Below are positions 22,993 to 35,594 of a stretch of DNA of 64,000 bases, piece by piece. The position numbers were made by a program, and so were the translations under genes. Under the pieces are notes generated by a model that worked only from the letters and a program-made list of their open reading frames with translations, did no database searches and was not told where the DNA came from. The DNA is taken from the NCBI GenBank assembly GCA_964035575.1, contig OZ037844.1, forward strand, positions 62,001 to 126,000, given 5' to 3'. Within the stretch, counting starts at the first letter, position 1, and the number at the start of each line of letters is the position of its first letter. The DNA comes from Rhynchopus sp. YZ270_cl-10 (Eukaryota).

Positions 22993-23465
22993 ATGGCATC
23001 GCTGAGAGACTCGAGCAAGGAGAAGTACCAGCAGCGCTACGACCACTTCAACTCCTTCGTAAGAAAGAGGACCCGCACTCCCTACCCGAAGGCGAATGAG
23101 GATGATGTTGCACTGTACTCGAAACACCTGAAAGAAGACAAGGGATATGCCTCCAAAACAATGTGGTCTGCCCTCAGCATGTGTCGAAGGTGCTCGTGGC
23201 GAAGATTAACCTAAACCCCGTGCACGAGTGGCCCCGCCTGACCTCGCGGTTGAAGGGGTATGAGAAGTCATGGACAGAGCAAGAAGGCTGAAACCTTCAG
23301 CAAAGGCAACCTGGAGGCATTGTGGGATGCACTCAACACGGAGAGGGAAGAGAGCCTGAGGGAATGCTGCTTTTGCAGCTACGGTCTACTACGGCGGTCT
23401 CTGCATGGCAGATGCGTACTCCCTAACCCTGAGGGACGTTTGCAGTCTCCTCAGAAGGCGAGATA
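22993..23465 (+). pseudogene. Tyrosine recombinase fragment (Crypton/DIRS-type), frameshifted and truncated
   Basis: Across frames: LRDSSKEKYQQRYDHF..EDDVALYSKHL..GYASKTMWSALSM / EWPRLTSRLKGY / KKAETFSKGNLEALW / FAATVYYGGLCMADAYSLTLRDV. Box I G-L-R is mutated to G-L-C. Confidence 0.7.
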
Positions 23466-23511
23466 AAGGGTTATTGGGTTTCCGTTGTTCGGTCGAAGCA
23501 GACGGGTGAAC

Positions 23512-23720
23512 GAAAAAAAAGTACAGGAATACCCTATATTGCGTACTTGTTGCGTACTTGGTATTTTTTATTTCAGGAGCAATTTCAATTTTAAATAGTA
23601 TATTATACACACAATTTATTGAAAAATGAAAAACGAGAAAATCCCTTGAAAGATGAACCTGGCCTCTCGTGCACATCTTAAAAAATAAAACCTGCAGGCT
23701 CGAACTTTTCTACACAAATG
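23512..23720. repeat. Direct repeat X (second copy 27397-27595); its 3' half is the ankyrin-unit spacer
   Basis: TACAGGAATACCCT.TATTGCGTACTTGT...GAACTTTTCTACACAAATGA is present at both sites. Confidence 0.8.
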
Positions 23721-23758
23721 AGGACACATCCTATCAAAGATTAACATTAATGCATGAG

Positions 23759-24155
23759 ACCACAGAGCTCTACCCCTGGAGAGACAAGCTCATATGGAGC
23801 TCAGTCTCCTATCACCCGGGATCAACAAGCCTACAAGTGGCATCGAGAACTCTAACCCTGGAAAGACGAGCCCCTACGGTACTCAGTCTCTTTATCACCC
23901 GGGATCAACAAGATCTCTACGCACGCAGAACCAACCCATGCGAGAAGCCACAAGAACTCTGCTCAAGCAGGGTTACTCAGTATTAGCTCATCCGCTTTCG
24001 TGCAGCAGCAAGAAAACAAAACAGTGTGCACACTACGTAACAGAACACAAACACCACAAAGAGAGCGAAAAACCCCCGAGCAAGAACTCTAACCCATGAA
24101 AGACGAGCCCATCCGGCCCTCAGTCTTATCACCCGGGATCATCAAGAACTCTACT
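23759..24155. repeat. Direct repeat Y with internal ~82-bp subrepeats (second copy 26874-27125)
   Basis: ATCACCCGGGATCA at 23811, 23894 and 24128, and three more times in the second copy. AGAACTCTAACCC is also repeated. Confidence 0.8.
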
Positions 24156-24187
24156 CTGGCAGGGTCGCCAGTGTACACTCATTAGTG

Positions 24188-25118
24188 CAGGCCTAATGCT
24201 AACTTTGGGGGAGGGGGAAAAAAAGCGAACCGACGGGAAAAAAAAAAAAACGAAAAAAAAAATTTCCCTCCGGGAAGGGGTCCAGGGTTTTCGCTTATCT
24301 TCATGAAAAAAAATTTTCCCCAAAATCGTGAAGATATGTCCAAAAAGGGGTCAAAAATAATTTTTCCGCGCTCCGCGCGAAAAGGTCCGTTCATTTCGCG
24401 TGAATACGTGATGACGTGGGATGGTAACGTACATCAAGAACCAAACCAACCCTTTTCTCACGTTTTTCCACGTCAAGCCCTCGCATTAGGTTCTCTCTAG
24501 TGAACGAAACCTTCCCTCAGGACAAGAAGAAACGGCGATTGATATCAAAACTTTCTGGCGAAGCCACGGTACGCAACATTTCAAAATTTGTGACCTAAAA
24601 CCGAACATTTTTACAGCCAGACTATGGTAGAGGGCTGTGGGCTGCCAGTTTTTGAGCTGCGCCGCAGGCGCACGGTAGGCTACTTTTTTAATGCCGGCAA
24701 GGGGGGTGCATCATTGAGTCCCTGAAACAAGTCTCCATCGTCACCGCCACCGCCATCGCAATCGCCATCTTCGCTTTCCTCTTTAACATCAACAGATGCA
24801 ACACCGCTCTCTGTATCTTCAGAGATCAGAACTTCTCCAACACTCGATGTCTCGTCGACTGACAGACCCTCCTCCTCCTCGAACCCAGTGGTGGGGGCCG
24901 CAGTATGCACTGCTGTGTCCTTCTTTTAATCTCCCTTCCTCCTGAAGATGCGGGCGCAGGTGCCCACATCTCCAGGACCAAGGTACCCACGGCATACCAC
25001 AGGCAGAGAACCCCCCAAAAAACCCCCATTTTTAAGGGTGAACCGACGAATCAACGGATAAATAAAAAAAATAATAAATAAAAGTGAACCGACGAACCAA
25101 CGGTTAGCATTAGGCCTG
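24188..25118. mobile_element. Non-autonomous hAT-like element, 931 bp
   Basis: 16-bp perfect TIR CAGGCCTAATGCTAAC. 8-bp TSD CATTAGTG at 24180-24187 and 25119-25126. Confidence 0.9.
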
Positions 25119-25142
25119 CATTAGTGTTCTTGTAGCAGTAAA

Positions 25143-25207
25143 AAAAAATGAAATACCCCCCCTTCTTTGTTTATTCGTTGTTTGTTGTTTGTTGATCGCA
25201 TCCATCC
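25143..25207. repeat. Dispersed ~65-bp repeat (second copy about 51757-51822)
   Basis: AAAATGAAATACCCCCCC..TTCTTT.TTTATTCGTTGTTTGTTGTTTGTTGATCGCATCCATCC at both sites. Confidence 0.75.
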
Positions 25208-25433
25208 ATTTTTTTTTTCAAACCCCAAAAGTCCCGAAAACCCCGAAAAACCCGCGTCCTGAAGTACGGTGGAGAGGTGGAGCACAAGGGGGGAAGGGGA
25301 AAACGGTAAAACTCATGACCACCGACGAGCGCGTCTTTCATTTCCAGACGTATTGCATACTCGTACAAAAAAAAAAGGGGGTAAAAACAGTGGTTACCAT
25401 TGGGGGGGCTTCTGAAATTTAATACGTATGGGA

Positions 25434-26793
25434 CACGTGTGGGACACAAAAAAAACCCAAAAAAAAAAAAAAAAAAAAAGAAAATCCCCCCACAAAAGCG
25501 GTCGTCGCGCGCTTCGCGCGCGCCTCCCTGACAGCCACAGAGTGGAGAAGGGGTCAATTTTGCGAGATTCTTTATTAACGGAGCTTGGTCTTGCACCTTA
25601 CGCTCCACTAACCGTACAAAATCAATACGTCTTCAAGAAGCAAGGGCCGTTGCAATGGTGGGTCCTTTCAAAAAAGGTAACCTTTTTTGCAGCTTTGGTC
25701 AAGTTGCATTTTTTGGCTGCAAAATGCAAGGGGATTCCCGAAGACACTGTAAACTCTATTTTTTTGCGGAGCAAAAAAATAATATAAAATGGCGCCGCAG
25801 GCGAAAAAAAATTCGGGTACGGTGTAAGAATGCTGCTGTTTACACCAGAGTCACTCAACAAACATTTTTTGCGGAGCAATGGCGCCGCAGGCAAAAAATT
25901 TAAGTTGCAGCCCCGGACGCCTACGGCCCTCAGGGAAATATTGGCAGGGCGTTCGCTATCGCCATCGTTTTTTCCTGATCGTGGCGAAATGCCAAAAACC
26001 CCGAAATTTTCGTTTTTTTACTAGTGCTTAAAATAGGTCAAAAAAATTTTCCCGCCGGAGAGAAGTTAGTTCGTGGGTGAATCCCTGGTACTGAATGGTC
26101 AAAAAAAATTTGCGATTTGCGCGTGATCCCTTCCCCAGCACAAGTGATATTACAGCTGAACTTTCCTGATACTAAAACCAGCAAAACGATGAAGAATTTC
26201 ATCAATCCCCCCTCACTGAGGGTCTCTTTGTGTTGTTTAATCAAGCAGATGTACAAGAGAGAGGCATCCGTCATATGAGACTTCATCCTTATTTTGATTA
26301 TTTTCAACTCTCTGCCATTGAAGATAGAGTTGACACGAGCAGTGACACCTTCTATAACAGGGGGTACGGTACACCTTCAGCAGACTGCAGGATTGAGGAG
26401 CGAGCGGGAGTGCTGGGGAAACTTCCTCTCACGGCAGGCGGGTTTACGGATGATTTTGAGTACAGTGGACACCCCTCTGCGACCCCCGGAGGGGTCTACA
26501 GGGTGGTGGGGAGAAATCTCTCTCTCTCTCTCTCTTTTTTTCCCCCTTTATTTATTTATTTATTTATTTATACAGGGTTTCGCCCCGGTGGGGCGAAGCC
26601 CTGGGGCGAAATAAAACGTCATTTTTTCAGGAAAAAAATTTTTTAACGAAAAAAAATATTTTTCGCCCCGGGGCGAACGCCCTGAATATTGGCAAAAAAA
26701 ATAAACGCACGTATGATTTCCACGTATGGAAAATCATACGTAGGGAAAAACCAAAATTAATTCACGTATGGAAAATCACACGTCCCACATGTG
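25434..26793. mobile_element. Tentative CAC-ended (CMC-like) TIR element hosting the hAT MITE at 25945
   Basis: CACGTGTGGGAC ... GTCCCACATGTG (11/12 inverted match) with GA on both sides. Subterminal CACGTATGGAAAATCA repeats. Confidence 0.35.
25945..26684 (+). mobile_element. hAT-like MITE, family C, copy 1 (740 bp)
   Basis: TIR CAGGGCGTTCGC / GCGAACGCCCTG. 8-bp TSD AATATTGG. Near-identical inverted copy at 34847-35594. Confidence 0.93.
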
Positions 26794-28019
26794 GAAGGTA
26801 ATACCTGGGTAAAAAAGAAAGCGCAAGCAGACACGAAAAAACATCCGAGCATAATACACAGTAATGCAGGCGACCACAGACCTCTACCCCTGGAGAGACA
26901 AGCTCATATGGAGCTCAGTCTCCTATCACCCGGGATCAACAAGCCTACAAGTGGCATCGAGAACTCTAACCCTGGAAAGACGAGCTCATACGGCACTCAG
27001 TCTCTTTATCACCCGGGATCAACAAGATCTCTACGCACGCAGAACCAACCCATGCGAGAAGCCACAAGAACTCTAACCCTGGAATCACCCGGGATCATCA
27101 AGAACTCTGCTCAAGCAGGGTTACCCAGTATACACTCATCCGTATTCATGTAACAGAGCAAGCTAATCAAGCAGGTTAGCCAATGCGGCGCAATTTTTTG
27201 AAGAAGAAAGCAGGGAGCGGAGGGAGGGAAAGCTTTTTGATAAAAATTAGCGAGATACAAAAACCAGCGCGTGTGGAAGAAAAAAGGAGAGGAAGATATT
27301 TTTTCTGATTCAAAGTGGTGTTTACGTTTTGGGTACGGGGCGGAGAATAAAATCTGTTCGATAAAAGAAACGCGAGCTTATTGTTTTATCTTGTTCAAAA
27401 AAAAATACAGGAATACCCTGTATTGCGTACTTGTGGCGTACTTGGTATTTTTTATATCAGGAGAAATTTCAATTTTAAATACACACAATTTATTGAAAAA
27501 TGAAAAACGAGAAAATCCCTTGAAAGATGAACCTGGCCTCTCGTGCACATCTTAAAAAATAAAACCTGCAGGCTCGAACTTTTCTACACAAATGATTTCA
27601 TTGAACGCATCCCCTTTTTATGTTTCCCCCACCCCCGAAAACGATAAAGCAATAAATACTACGGTGTCAATAACTATCTTCGCCCACACAGGAAAAACGG
27701 GAAACGAAATAGGGGGAGAGTTTGTTAGTTGTACGCTTCCACCCTTCCACACACACTCAGGACTGTTGTAATGCTCTTTTTGTTATCTTTTCAGTTATTT
27801 ATTTTCTTCTTCTACTTGGTCCTTGTTTTTTTTTTTTTTTTTTTTTTTTTCTCGTTTTGAAAACTGATATGTTTACAAAAACAGAGCCAAATAGAAAAGG
27901 TAAGAAAATGAGAGTCCTGAAGTACAGAAAGTGGTGTGTGAGAAGGGAGGAGCACAGGTGAGGGTGAAAACAGTTAGAGCGACCGTAGCATTTCCCCTGT
28001 CAACTGCGTTTGACCTATA

Positions 28020-28990
28020 AAAAAACAATAAAGACAAAAGGGAGAGGTTGTGGCGAAACGCACACACCCAAAAACAAGATCGCTATCTTGGCCACCTCAG
28101 CTTTGCTGATGATTTCACACACCCCTTTTTCGACCGTTTTATCGATCGACTACTCCACCAGCGCGGCTTTTCCCTTAGTGTGCACGACCGAGCTTTCGCT
28201 CCCTCCCGATATTTCGGGACCGTCAGTAACACCCACACACGGACCGACACCACCGATTTTTCGGTGCACCTGTTCTTATCCCTGTTTCAATCACTCGCGG
28301 ATCGACTACGCAACCAGAGGCACTCCCGGCCTACGTTACGCATTACCAAAAAGCTAAAACAAAACCCCATCTACCTCACTGCCTCTCACACAATGCGCAA
28401 TGTTCCCAAGTCTATAACCCGATACCCCTTCTTCCCGCGTGTACGGGTCTGCCCCTTTTCTGCCTGCACGTCTGTCGGTACCCAGTCCACCTGCAGTTCG
28501 TACCCCATGCGCTGCGCCCGGTGGAACACTCTCTGCATGCTCAAGTTGCCGCATAGTTCCCCGAATGGCCCTTCGTAAGGCACTGCACCGCCGGCAGTTG
28601 TCCACTTCAAGACAAGTGTCCAGTCCCGCTCCGCCAGGCACACCCGATGGGAAGCAAGTCCTGTGCTGCCCACTCTTTAGATGCACGTCCGTCCACACAA
28701 CAAACACGCCCCCCACCCCTTCCTGTGCATCCAACGCACTGAGCTCCTTGATCTCCTTTGCAGCCGCACGCGGAATCACACCTTGTACATCCCTCGAGCG
28801 CACGGCGTTCCTCGAAACCAAACTCATCGCCCCGAAGACGCTCGGCAAAAAATGCAGTTTCCTTCTTCATCACCGCTCCCATCAAACGTCACGGTCAGCT
28901 CCGCCGCACTGCACGGCGGATACACCACAGCCGTCAAACGCCAGGTTCCCCGTCCCCGGAAGGCGCCGTCGCAGACCCGCTCCCCAGATT
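28020..28990 (-). mobile_element. Decayed tyrosine-recombinase retrotransposon remnant (DIRS/Ngaro/VIPER-type RNase H plus 3' region), copy 1
   Basis: Frames joined across copies give VVWTD/ASKEW..HLFLKELWAA..VDNLPAVQCLTKGHS..ELQVDWVPTDVQAEKGADPYTR, the D-E-D-D pattern of DIRS1-type RNase H. Confidence 0.7.
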
Positions 28991-29225
28991 CGAACATAGA
29001 AAAGGAAGGCAGTGCTACTGTAGGGGTACGGTGTTCGATTTGCTTTTAGCATTGCATGTAATCATAAAATAATACCCGTAACCGACACTCCATGAGACGG
29101 TCACCTTGACCTACAAGGGTTGAAGGGGCATGTGGAAAAAGAAGGTTGACGCTCTCCGTTGGTCTGGTTACATGTTTAACCTTCCTCTGAAGACAGTTCA
29201 TCAAATGTGGTCGACGCGTACAGCA

Positions 29226-31548
29226 TCATTCTTCTGCACCGTGCTTGAGGAGAACCTGCACCACACCTGTATGTTGTTTCTGCCTCGCATGGTGCAACGC
29301 AGTGTGGCCTCTATAATCCCTGTGGTTCACGTTGTTCAAGCCCACAAGATAGCGCACAGTCGCGGTGTGTCCATGCTGTGCCGCAAGGATAAGACATGTT
29401 GTGCTCTCGTCGTCCACCGCACACACGTCCGCACCTGCTTTGACTAACATCTGTGCACTGTCGAGTTCCCCAACCTGACAAGCCCAGTGAAGAGGTGTGT
29501 TTCCGAAGCTATTCTTTGCCTCAACATCAGCCCCTGCATCAATGAGCAGCTGCACCACAGCAGAGTGATCCGGTGCAAGGTGAAGTGAAGTGTTGCCCCT
29601 GTTATTTGACTTATAAACATCCACCCCAGGCATGCACAGAAGAGTACGCACAGTCTCGGTGTGTCCATGATGTGTCGCAAGGGTAAGACATGTGTCTCCT
29701 TTGTTGTCTGTGACACACACGTCCGCACCTGCTTTGAGCAACACCTCCACAACACGGAGATTCCCAAACTCGCTCGCCAAGAGGAGTGGCGAACGTTCGC
29801 CACGTTCGCCGAGCTTTGCCTCAACATCTGACCCTGCATCAATGAGCACCTCCACCACATCTGCACCCGGCTTCTCAACTGCTGCGAGCAACGAGGTGTA
29901 GCCTTCCTCTTCCTTGTGACTCAGGTCGACCTGCGGCAAACCCACAAGATAGCGCACAGTCTCGGTGTGTCCAAATCCTGCAGCAATCGTAAGACATGAT
30001 TGTCCAGTTTCTGTGGCACGCACTTCCGCACCTGCTTCCACCAATATCTTCACAATTGGCTGACTCCCATTCTTGCAAGCATACATAAGAGGTGTCCATG
30101 ACTCCTTGTCCCTTATCTCGATGTCTGCCCCTGCATCAATAAGAACCTTCACCACATCTGCGTGATTTTGATGTACTGCACAGAACAACGCAGAGAAGTC
30201 GTCACCTTCGTGATTCACGTCAACATCATGCGAGCCCTTCAAACCCACAAGATAGCGCACAGTCTCGGTGTCCATGATATGCCGCAAGCATAAGACACGT
30301 GTTTCCGTAGTTGCACGTACCACACACTTCCGCACCTGCTTCCACCAAAATCTTCACGATAGCGAGTTCCCCATGCCTGCTTGATTGGATAAGAGGTGTC
30401 CATGAGTGTTTGTTCCTTGTCTCGATGTCTGCCCCTGCATCAATAAGAACCTTCACCATATCTGCGTGCTTTCCACGTACTGCACAGAACAACGCAGACA
30501 AGTCGTTTTCACTTTTGTGATTCACGTCAACATCATGCGAACCCTTCAAACCCACAAGATAGCGCACAGTCTCGGTGTGTCCATATCCTGCAGCAATCGT
30601 AAGACTTGCCCATCCATCCTTTTCTGTGGCACGCACGTCCGCACCTGCTGCCACCAACATCTTCACAATTGGCTGACTCCCATTCTTGCAAGCATACATA
30701 AGAGGTGTCCATGACTCCTTGTCCCTTGTCTCGATGTTTGCCCCTGCATCAATAAGAACCTTCACCACATCTGCGTGATTTTGATGTACTGCGCAGTACA
30801 ACGCAGACAAGTAGTTTTCACCTTCGTGATTCAGCTTAACATCCTGCAAGCCCTTCAAACCCACAAGATAGCGCACAGTCTCGGTGTGTCCATGATATGC
30901 CGCATGGATAAGACATGTGCCTCCGTGGTTGCACGTACCACACAATCCCGCACCTGCTTCCACCAACATCTTCACAACTGCGAGTGCTCCTGAACGGCAA
31001 GACCAGTGCAGAGGCGAACGTCCCATGTCATCCTTTGTCTCGATGTCTGCCCCTGCATCAATGAACACCTGACACACTGCAGGGTCCACCCACATGGCTG
31101 GACAGGCACGGTTTTCTATGGCCTCCTGCCCGTGTGGGACAAACGCAACGTTGCTGCAGACTGACTTCCAATGCTGCAAGAGGACCTCCGTGCACGCAGT
31201 GTGGTCTGCGTGGATGCACTCACTCAGCAGCATCCCGAAGCCCATCTGCGTTGTCTCAACATACGGAAGAAGCAGTGCGAGGCATTCATCGTGGTTCCCT
31301 CTGCATGCCTCGTGCACAGCATCGAAGGCAACCGTTTTGCTGTCTGTTTCTGGGCTGAGCTTCTCAAGTCCCGCCCGCACGGCAGTCGTGTCGCCGTTCC
31401 TGGCATCCTCCACCAAGACCTCGTCTGCAGAAAGCGTTCTTCTCTTTGGTGCCTTCTCGTCAGGTGCGCTGTCTGCGTGTTGCTCCTCCCTGAACTGCCT
31501 CCGTCCCTGACAACAACACAGAAGCCGCAAGGGTAGGGTCACATCCAT
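29226..31548 (-). pseudogene. Ankyrin-repeat paralog 3, 2-bp frameshift, 6 modules
   Basis: Split ORFs 30226-31638 and 29226-30335. At about 30270, GTCTCGGTGTCCATG lacks a TG relative to GTCTCGGTGTGTCCATG in other repeats. Confidence 0.82.
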
Positions 31549-31695
31549 TGTGTTATTTATGATTCCTTTGCGTTTAATGCACTGGTGTGGAATGTTGGGC
31601 TTCAGGGTGCTGCCGGCGACAGGTGGCCGGGAAAACACTGCATGAATACCCGATGGGTGCGGACATGCTCACTATGGTACCCAAAACGCTTAAAA

Positions 31696-32870
31696 TGGGG
31701 TGTCCCGGGCACGGCGTAATTCAGGTGTAATGGGGTGTAATGGGGCGTAATGGGGTGTAATGGAGTGTAATGGAGGGAATTTAAACTTTTTGCTTTTTTT
31801 GCGTTTTCCCCCCGTTTTTTCAACACGAAAAGTCCAAAAAAGGTGACAACAAATTTTTTTTTTGGCGAGTGGAGCAAAAAAAAATTTGCCTGGCTGACCA
31901 TTGCCGAAGGAATTTTGCACTTTTGACCACCACAGATTACACGTTGTTTTACGATTTTTTCTATGCACTTATGCGTACAGTGCCACAGGTGTTAAATTTT
32001 TACTGGCGTGGCTACATAACCGATTCCCCATGTTTCTACCGTGTTTCTACCGTGTTTCTACACAGTACACAGTACACAGTACACAGTACACAGTACACAG
32101 TACACAGTACACAGTACACAGTACACAGTACACAGTACACAGTACACAGTACACAGTACACAGTACACAGTACACAGTACACAGTACACAGTACACAGTA
32201 CACAGTACACAGTACACAGTACACAGTACACAGTACACAGTACACAGTACACAGTACACAGTACACAGTACACAGTACACAGTACACAGTACACAGTACA
32301 CAGTACACAGTACACAGTACACAGTACACAGTACACAGTACACAGTACACAGTACACAGTACACAGTACACAGTACACAGTACACAGTACACAGTACACA
32401 GTACACAGTACACAGTACACAGTACACAGTACACAGTACACAGTACACAGTACACAGTACACAGTACACAGTACAAGGCAAAAATGACCAAAACAGCTGA
32501 TGTTTTGGCCGAATGCCACCCTATCAGGAATATTTTCATGTATTCACACAAATTTTTTCTGGCCTCAATACCCCCAAACTACACGATTTTCGGTTCCGGA
32601 AAATTTTTGGAGCACCAAATATCGCGAAAAATTTCAATTTTTTTGATGTCGTCCGCACATCCCTTTAGTAAAGACCAAAACACCAAGCGTTGTAATTCAT
32701 GTGTAATGGGGTGTAATGGGGCGTAATGGGGTGAAAGTGGGTGAAAGTGGGTGTAATGGGGTGTAATGGGGTGTAATGGGGTGAAAATGGGTGTAATTCG
32801 GTGAAATGGGGTGAAATGGGGTGAAAGTGTGCGTAAGTGGGTGTTAGTGTGGTACCGCCGGGACACCCCA
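31696..32870 (+). mobile_element. TIR element, family A, copy 1 (TG...CA ends, 5-bp TSD) carrying a (CAGTACA)n array
   Basis: 13-bp TIR TGGGGTGTCCCGG / CCGGGACACCCCA. TSD TAAAA at 31691-31695 and 32871-32875. Subterminal TGTAATGGGG-type 10-mers. Confidence 0.9.
32059..32475. repeat. Perfect heptamer array (CAGTACA) x ~59
   Basis: Read directly from the sequence. Confidence 0.98.
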
Positions 32871-33293
32871 TAAAACCAAAAGAAAACGTATTTGGGACTT
32901 TTTTTTCGATGACTATTTTGAGTTTTTGGTTTGCTTTTTTACCTTTTTTTGGTGGATGGGAAGCCTCTTTTTTACTTTCAACGGGTGTCATCCGTCCGAT
33001 TTTGAGAAACCCCCCCCCTCCCCCCCAGGGGTACCTGTAACGAGGGGGGTAAAAACGGCCCGGCCCGCGGCCCCCGGCCCGCGGCCCCTGGTTATCAAAT
33101 GGAGAAAATCACGTGTATGTATACACGGTATACACAACGCAACCTTGTGCGCGGGTTTTTGGGTCATTGTTGCCCACAAACGGGCCGGCATTTGCATTCC
33201 GGAATCCGTCCGGCCAGTGGTGGGGTCAATTTGACGAAATGGACAACTTCTCGTTTTTGGTCAATTTTTGCAGTATACACAGGGGATTGGGAG

Positions 33294-33840
33294 GTACAGT
33301 ACAGTACAGTACAGTACAGTACAGTACAGTACAGTACAGTACAGTACAGTACAGTACAGTACAGTACAGTACAGTACAGTACAGTACAGTACAGTACAGT
33401 ACAGTACAGTACAGTACAGTACAGTACAGTACAGTACAGTACAGTACAGTACAGTACAGTACAGTACAGTACAGTACAGTACAGTACAGTACAGTACAGT
33501 ACAGTACAGTACAGTACAGTACAGTACAGTACAGTACAGTACAGTACAGTACAGTACAGTACAGTACAGTACAGTACAGTACAGTACAGTACAGTACAGT
33601 ACAGTACAGTACAGTACAGTACAGTACAGTACAGTACAGTACAGTACAGTACAGTACAGTACAGTACAGTACAGTACAGTACAGTACAGTACAGTACAGT
33701 ACAGTACAGTACAGTACAGTACAGTACAGTACAGTACAGTACAGTACAGTACAGTACAGTACAGTACAGTACAGTACAGTACAGTACAGTACAGTACAGT
33801 ACAGTACAGTACAGTACAGTACAGTACAGTACAGTACAGT
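33294..33840. repeat. Perfect pentamer array (CAGTA) x ~109
   Basis: Read directly from the sequence. Confidence 0.98.
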
Positions 33841-34121
33841 GTAAAAAACTCAAAAATCCCTCTCGCGCCTTGGCGAAAAATATTTTTTTTAAAAACCGGC
33901 TTTATTTGAAAGATTGAGATCAGAGTCCTAGCTTGCCTGGGTCAGTGGGTCAAGCTGACCCAAGTGCCTGGGTCGCGACCCACGAAAAAAAAAAAAAAAA
34001 AGGGAATTAATTACTGGGGGGGGGGCGAATAAGAGATCAGGGGTGAATAAGAGATCAGGGCCGAAAAGAGATCAGGTTGAGATTTTGGGGTTTTTTTTTT
34101 TTTTTTTTTTTTTTGCATGCG

Positions 34122-34801
34122 CATGCTGTCCTCTAAATCGGATTTAGGATTCAGGATTTTCTATAAGAAAATTTTATAAGAAAATTTTATTTTTGCCGGT
34201 GAAAAAATTTTCATATGGATATGGGGCAGTGTCTTTTTTAGGGAGGTCGGAATAATTTCCTGGTAGAACAGTGGTTGAACCACGGGAGTACCCTGGGGAA
34301 CTGAGTTACTGACCGCACCGTGAAATCCCAGGCTGTCCCCTAATTTTTTTTGCCTGCGGCGCCATTATTTATTACTTTTTTGCTCCGCAAAAAAGGGTTC
34401 GTTGACTGACTCTGTAGTGTAAAAAGCTACATTTTACACCGTACCCTATTATTTTTTCGCCTGCGGCGCCATTTTGTGTTATTCCTTTTGCTCCGCAAAA
34501 GGAAAATAAAATACAGTTCCCTATGTTTCCAATGTCTTCGCTGGTCAGAACTGAAAAACATCTTGGGGGAAACACAAACTGACCCCAAAAATCTTGAAAT
34601 CTGATTCTTGGATAAGGCACTGTGGTGGGGAGAAAAATGTGACCGCCCCGCACTGCGGGCCTACAACAACAAAAAAAATCTTCTCCTGTTGTGCGCGAAA
34701 AATTTTCGCGCGCAGCGCGAAAATTTTTTTTTCTATAAGAAAATTTTGAGATTTAAAAATCAGAAAAATCCTGATTTTTCCCGGATTTAAGGACATGCTT
34801 G
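34122..34801. mobile_element. hAT-like MITE G nested in F
   Basis: Imperfect TIR CATGCTGTCCTCTAAATC / GATTTAAGGACATGCTTG. 8-bp TSD TGCATGCG at 34114-34121 and 34802-34809. Confidence 0.75.
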
Positions 34802-34846
34802 TGCATGCGCCAGGGTTTTATCTTGAAATTTTTTTTTGAAATTTTA

Positions 34847-35594
34847 CAGGGCGTTCGCCCCGGGGCGAAAAATATTTTTTTTCGTTAAAAAAATCTTTTC
34901 CTGAAAAAATGACATTTTATTTCGCCCCAGGGCTTCGCCCCACCGGGGCGAAACCCTGTATAAATAAATAAATAAATAAAAAAAGGGGGAAAAAAAAAAA
35001 AAAAAGAGAGAGAGAGATTTCTCCCCACCACCCTGTAGACCCCCCCGGAGGGGGGGTCGTAGAGGGGTGTCCACTGTACTCAAAATCATCCGCAAACCCG
35101 CCTGCCGTGAGAGGAAGTTTCCCCAGCACTCCCGCTCGCTCCTCAATCCTGCAGTCTGCTGAAGGTGTACCGTACCCCCTGTTATAGAAGGTGTCACTGC
35201 TCGTGTCAACTCTACTTTCAACGGCAGAGAGTTGAAAATAATCAAAATAAGGATGAAGTCTCATATGACAGATGCCTCTCTTGTACATCTGTTTGATTAA
35301 ACAACACAAAGAGACCCTCAGTGAGGGGGGATTGATGAAATTCTCCATCGTTTTGCTGGTTTTAGTATCAGGAAAGTTCAGCTGTAATATCACTTGTGCT
35401 GGGGAAGGGATCACGCGCAAATCGCAAATTTTTTTTGACCATTCAGTACCAGGGATTCACCCCACGAACTAACTTCTCTCCGGCGGGAAAATTTTTTTTG
35501 ACCTATTTTAAGCACTAGTAAAAAAACGAAAATTTCGGGGTTTTTGGCATTTCGCCACGATCAGGAAAAAACGATGGCGATAGCGAACGCCCTG
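34847..35594 (-). mobile_element. hAT-like MITE, family C, copy 2, nested in F
   Basis: TIR CAGGGCGTTCGC. 8-bp TSD AAATTTTA. Reverse complement of 25945-26684. Confidence 0.93.

Noticed and set aside
23759..27125. ATCACCCGGGATCA repeats as a CRISPR array
   Set aside because: The intervening sequences are themselves repeated, spacing is irregular, no cas genes are present, and the context is eukaryotic.
22993..28990. YR fragment plus RNase H remnant as one Ngaro element with split direct repeats
   Set aside because: The two pieces are on opposite strands, and the X-Y...Y-X order does not match the A...B-A-B pattern.
34227..34622. Additional CAGTG...CACTG element inside G
   Set aside because: The TIR match is short and the flanks ATATGGGG and TGGTGGGG are not a clean TSD.
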